Origin: Eledone cirrhosa
Lineage: Eukaryota
Direction of reading: 5' to 3'
DNA: 64,000 nucleotides
Assembly (NCBI GenBank): GCA_964016885.1
Contig: OZ024766.1
Coordinates: 8,866,001 to 8,930,000 of the forward strand
Below are positions 59,346-64,000 of the stretch, piece after piece (position 1 is the stretch's first letter; the number at the start of each line of letters is the position of its first letter). Below the pieces are notes generated by a model that did not search any database, was not told the origin of the DNA, and worked only from the letters and a program-made list of their open reading frames with translations. The position numbers and the translations under genes were made by a program.

Positions 59346-59545
59346 AGGGAAAAAGTCAGGTCCCCGACGGCTGAGCTCCGGCCGTTTCGACAGCTAGATC
59401 CGAACTTGGGATATAGCTGTCAAAACGGCCGGAGCTCAGCCGTTGGGGACCTGACTCTGTTGATATTACCCACTCTACTACCCTAAGTATTGAGTACTCT
59501 GGTGCGTTATTGTCCACCTGGTTCCTTACCACACTTCCTTTATTT
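59346..59545 (+). mobile_element. Family A divergent subfamily fold-back
   Basis: Arms with GAAACGGCCGGAGCTC; same tail with GAGTACTC. Confidence 0.85.
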
Positions 59546-59817
59546 TATATATAGTATATATATATATATATAATGTGTGTGTATATATGTAAGTATGCAC
59601 ACATACATACACGTACGTACACATATATATATACACACACATACATACACGTACGTACACATATATATATACATACACGTACGTACACATATATATATAC
59701 ACACACATACATACACGTACGTACACATATATATATACACACACATACATACACGTACGTACATATATATATATGTACGTATGGATTATATCGAACTTTG
59801 ATATTAAGGTTCGATAT

Positions 59818-59950
59818 TCAGGCCTTCACGTTCTGAGTTCAAATCACGCCGAGGTTAACTTTACCTTTCATCTTTGCAGAGTTGATAAAATAAAGTACCA
59901 GTAATACACTGTGGAAATTGCTGGCCTTGTGCCTAAAGTAGAAACAATTA
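59818..59950 (+). mobile_element. 5'-truncated SINE
   Basis: B-box, core and tail. Confidence 0.85.
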
Positions 59951-60837
59951 TATTGCTTTAAATGTTTCAACCTGTTTACATGAAAAAACACACACACACA
60001 TATATACACTCAGAGATGCATACACACCACCACCTCAACCATCATCATCATCATCATCATCAACGCAATGTCTCCTCCCTCACCGATTCTGATTCCTCCT
60101 TAGATTATCATGTCCCCCACCACCACCACTGTGACACTACCAACACCACCACCTCTACAGTGACGCAACCACCACCACTACAGTGACACCACCAACACCA
60201 CCACCACCGCTACAGTGACACCACCACCAACACCACCACCACCATTGTGACACCACCTACACCACCACCGCTACAGTGACACCACCACCACCACCACCAC
60301 CACTGTGACACCACCACCAAACTATGTCTCCACCACCAACAAACGTTGACACCACCACCACCACTAACACCACCGTCACCAAACTGACACCACCACCACC
60401 ACCAAACTGTGACACCACCACCACTGTGACACCACCACCAACACCACCACCGCTACGGTGACAACACCACCACCACCACTGTGGTACTTCTTGATACACC
60501 AAACATTTCGGCTGTTTTCGTTACGCTAGCCCCTGCCATACGAGCACCAACAATTTGACCTCTTTGGAAGTCCGATAGATCTGTCATTTTAATGAATTTT
60601 AATTACCTTTTTCTGATGATATCTGAAAAGAAACAGCAATTTTAACAAAACATATTAAGCAACACTAACAATAAATCGAAAAAACATAAAAATAAACAAG
60701 CTTTTGATGATTTTATATATATTTCAAAATTATGATGCTAGGTGTTTCCATTATTTTGTCCAACCCCTGTATATATATATATATATATATATAACCATGT
60801 CACTCTTCTTTCCTAATTTATATATATATATATATAT

Positions 60838-60944
60838 CATCATCATCATTTTATATCCGCTTTTCCCTGCTTGCAAGGGTGGGACAGGTCTTATTCAGCA
60901 CAGCATCTCTCCACTTGTCACGGTCCTTCGTCATCTCCTCCGTG
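60838..60944 (-). mobile_element. RTE LINE 3' end fragment
   Basis: Near-identical reverse complement of 63224-63338. Confidence 0.85.
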
Positions 60945-60972
60945 TTCCTCGGGACCTGCTAACAAGGGTGTG

Positions 60973-61006
<34 letters not shown>

Positions 61007-61415
61007 CATATGTATATATCTTTATCTTATTTTGTTTCTCTGTTATTTCAGAATATCACCTGACATTGACAGAAGAGAAATTTTAACTTGAGATACATCA
61101 TCAATATCTTTTAAAAGACTAACACAAGATTTTACATAAATCTTTGTCTATAAAACATTTGATGAATTACAGCGAAATATTTCTTCTGAATTGAGGTTTG
61201 TAAATAAATTTCTCTTCTTCACACTCTGGAAAGTGTACGAGAAGATTCTGCATTCTTATTAAACTTGGATGAATTTACAAAGGAGCTTGCACCATCTTCT
61301 GTTGTCAACAAATATCACAGTTGATGGAAATATTTGTTGGGAACAAAACCAAGAAAAATATCTTTATTTTGTACTGAGAGAAGAAAAGTAAAGATTTATA
61401 TTTTCACCTGAAGTG

Positions 61416-62951
61416 ATGTCGAAGGAGATAGGGGAATCATTATATCACTGTGATGTCTGTGGTAAATCATTCACTGAAGAAGATAGCCTCTTAACTCACA
61501 AATGTACTCAGACAGGAGAGAAAGAGTATCTTTGTGATGTCTGTGGTATATCATTCTCTGAAAAAGATAGCTTTTCAACACACATACGTACTCATACAGG
61601 AAAGAAACCATACCACTGTGATGCCTGTGGTAAATCGTTCTCGAAAGAAGATAGCCTCTTAACTCATGAATGTACTCAAGCAAAAGAGAAAGCATTCCAT
61701 TGTAATGTCTGTGGTAAATCTTTTGCATCTACCCACCGCTTAAAAATTCATATACGTATACACACAGGAGAGAAACCATATCAATGTGATATTTGTGGTA
61801 AAGCATTCGCGCAGCCGAATGCTTTAACTAGACACAAATATACTCATACAGGAGAGAAGCCATTTCAGTGTGATGTCTGTGATAAATCATTCTCTGTTAA
61901 ATGTAACCTTAATAAACACAAACGTATTCATACACGAGAGAAGCCATACCACTGCACTTTCTGTAGTAAATCGTTCTATGAGGAAAGTCGACTTTCAACG
62001 CACAAATGCATTCACGAGCGAGAGAGGCCGTATCAGTGTGATATCTGCGGTAAGTCCTTCGCTTCGACACATCGCTTGAATTCTCATATACGTAGCCATA
62101 CAGGAGAGAAACCATACCACTGTCACATCTGTGGGCAATCATTTGCTGATTCTGGCAACTTATCTACACACAAACGTGTTCATACAGGAGAGAAACCATA
62201 CAGCTGTGATGTCTGTGGTAAAAAGTTCTCCCATACGGCTAACTTAATTACTCACAAATATAGCCACACAGGAGAGAAACCATATCAGTGTGATATCTGT
62301 GGTAAAGCCTTCTGTCAGCCGAATGCCTTAACTAGACATAAATATACTCATACAGGTGAGAAATTATACAGCTGTGATATCTGTGGTAAAGCGTTCTCTG
62401 TGAAGTGTAACTTAAATACGCACAAACGTACTCATACAGGTGAGAAACCATACAGTTGCGATGTCTGTGGTAAGTTGTTCACACAGTTAGGCCATTTATC
62501 TGTACATAAATACAGTCATACAGGACAGAAGCCGTATAAGTGCAACGTGTGTGGTTTAACCTTCTCTGAAAACTGTCAATTAACTACACATTCGTTTGTA
62601 CATACAGGCGAGAAACTTTACAGGTGTGAGACCTGTGGTAAATCTTTCTCTGCCCCAAGCAACTTATCTAAACACAAACGTGTTCATACAGGAGAGAAGC
62701 CCTTCAGTTGCGGTATCTGTGGTAAATCATTCGCCCAGTCGGGTTACGTATCTCAACATAAGTCCGTTCATACAGGAGAGAAACCATATCGATGTGGTAT
62801 CTGTGGCAAATCGTTTTGTCTTTCAAGTTCTTTAACGAAGCACAAATCTGTTCATACGGGAGGGTTGCCGTATCGCTGTGATATCTGTGGTAAATCTTTT
62901 GCTCATAAGAGTGTCTTAACTACACATATACTTATACATACAGGAGTATAA
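61416..62951 (+). CDS. Tandem C2H2 zinc-finger protein, 18 fingers, no effector domain
   Basis: Intact ORF (ATG 61416, TAA 62949-62951) of 28-aa repeats Y/F-x-C-xx-C-GKxF-x5-L-xx-H-xxx-H-TGEKP. Confidence 0.95.
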   Translation: MSKEIGESLYHCDVCGKSFTEEDSLLTHKCTQTGEKEYLCDVCGISFSEKDSFSTHIRTHTGKKPYHCDACGKSFSKEDSLLTHECTQAKEKAFHCNVCGKSFASTHRLKIHIRIHTGEKPYQCDICGKAFAQPNALTRHKYTHTGEKPFQCDVCDKSFSVKCNLNKHKRIHTREKPYHCTFCSKSFYEESRLSTHKCIHERERPYQCDICGKSFASTHRLNSHIRSHTGEKPYHCHICGQSFADSGNLSTHKRVHTGEKPYSCDVCGKKFSHTANLITHKYSHTGEKPYQCDICGKAFCQPNALTRHKYTHTGEKLYSCDICGKAFSVKCNLNTHKRTHTGEKPYSCDVCGKLFTQLGHLSVHKYSHTGQKPYKCNVCGLTFSENCQLTTHSFVHTGEKLYRCETCGKSFSAPSNLSKHKRVHTGEKPFSCGICGKSFAQSGYVSQHKSVHTGEKPYRCGICGKSFCLSSSLTKHKSVHTGGLPYRCDICGKSFAHKSVLTTHILIHTGV

Positions 62952-62964
62952 ATATATAAAGATA

Positions 62965-63338
62965 TCATGCTGCATGGTAGTGAGACATGGGCAGCAACTG
63001 CAGAAGATATGCTCCGTTGGATGTGCAATGTCGATGTACGTGAACGACCAAGCATAGATGAGTTGAGAGAGAAACTGGGTATAAGAGGGATAAGTTGTGG
63101 TGTGCGGGAGAGAAGACTGAGATGGTATGGGCATGGAGGATGACCGCTGGGTAAAGATGTGCCAAGAAATCCCAGTAGAGGAAGACCACGAAAAACATGA
63201 GCAGACCTCAGATCGCTGAAGCTCACGGAGGAGATGGCGAAGGACCGTGACAAGTGGAGAGATGCTGTGCTGAATAGGACCCGTCCCACCCTTGCAAGCA
63301 GGGAAAAGCGGACGTCAAATGATGTTGATGATGATGAT
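62965..63338 (+). mobile_element. Decayed RTE LINE 3' fragment with (GAT)n tail
   Basis: MLHGSETWA, MLRWMCNV, ELREKLGI, RERRLRWYGH, RGRPRKT, DRDKWR. Confidence 0.85.
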
Positions 63339-63750
63339 CATCATCATCGTTTACATCCATCTTCCACTCTAGCAAAACTGTCTTCTTCTTTGCCCACTTG
63401 TTCCTGCAGAACCTTCCACAACAGGTCTTGAGGAATGCGGTGATATACCCTTTCAAGGTCGACAAAACAAGAACATACTTCTTGGCAATACTCCCAAGAC
63501 TTCTCAAAGACATGCCGCAGTGGGAATATTTGGTCGGCTGTGCTGCGTCCGGGGCGAAAACCTCACTGTTCATTAACTAGCTTGGACTTGACAACCCCCC
63601 CTACATCTCTTTGCCAGACACTTAGCATAGACTTTACTGGGGAGGCCCTCTGTATCTAGCTGGTAGCATCTAGCCTCCTCCACTAGCTCCTGCTCCTCGC
63701 CTGTAAGAGTTGTGATGTTCCAGGTTCCAATTGTTACGGTTTGCTCCCTT
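63339..63750 (-). mobile_element. Internally deleted RTE LINE (APE N-terminus + RT start + tail)
   Basis: Minus strand: TIGTWNITTLTGEEQELVEE, then EQ*GFRPGRSTADQIF and CFVDLE, ending in (GAT)n. Confidence 0.75.
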
Positions 63751-63778
63751 CCAGACCCTTTTTGGGGTCTCTGGATAC

Positions 63779-64000
63779 ATAACTGTTTCTACGTTTGGCA
63801 CAAGGCCAGCAAATACCCCAGTGTATTACTGGTACTTTATTTTATCAACCCTGTAATAATTGTTTCTACTTTAGGCACAAGGCCAGCAATTACCCCAGTG
63901 TATTACTGGTACTTTATTTTATCGACCCCGTAATAATTGTTTCTACTTTAGGCACAAGGCCAGCAATTACCCCAGTGTATTACTGGTACTTTATTTTATC
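63779..64000 (-). mobile_element. SINE tandem 77-bp tails, running off the window
   Basis: About 3 units visible. Confidence 0.85.

Larger units (their letters stand above)
59156..61051 (+). other. Probable 5'UTR intron of the ZNF gene
   Basis: Donor AGG|GTAAGT at 59156; acceptor tcttattttgtttctctgttatttCAG| at 61051. Confidence 0.55.

Overview
Eukaryotic, extremely microsatellite-rich window (TA, CA, CT, CAC, ACT and TATG arrays). The repeat families and the domain-less poly-C2H2 gene suggest an octopod cephalopod (inference). The only convincing protein-coding gene is an 18-finger C2H2 zinc-finger gene (61416-62951, +) with a likely 5'UTR intron; almost all other ORF calls are translated simple repeats. 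Between the microsatellites lie a decayed Penelope-like (GIY-YIG) retroelement split by a SINE, about 13 tRNA-derived SINE copies (several with tandemly reiterated 77-bp tails), RTE-LINE fragments, a bipartite non-autonomous RTE-like element and 38/71/79/84-bp tandem arrays. The most striking pattern is about ten unrelated families of short elements embedded in (TA)n tracts. They typically share an inverted arm + direct arm + unpaired tail architecture, often carry a type-I hammerhead ribozyme with a tiny or palindromic stem III, and have a GAGYRCT motif in the tail. They look like microsatellite-targeting Penelope-type pLTR mini-insertions. All family assignments are by eye; no database search was run.
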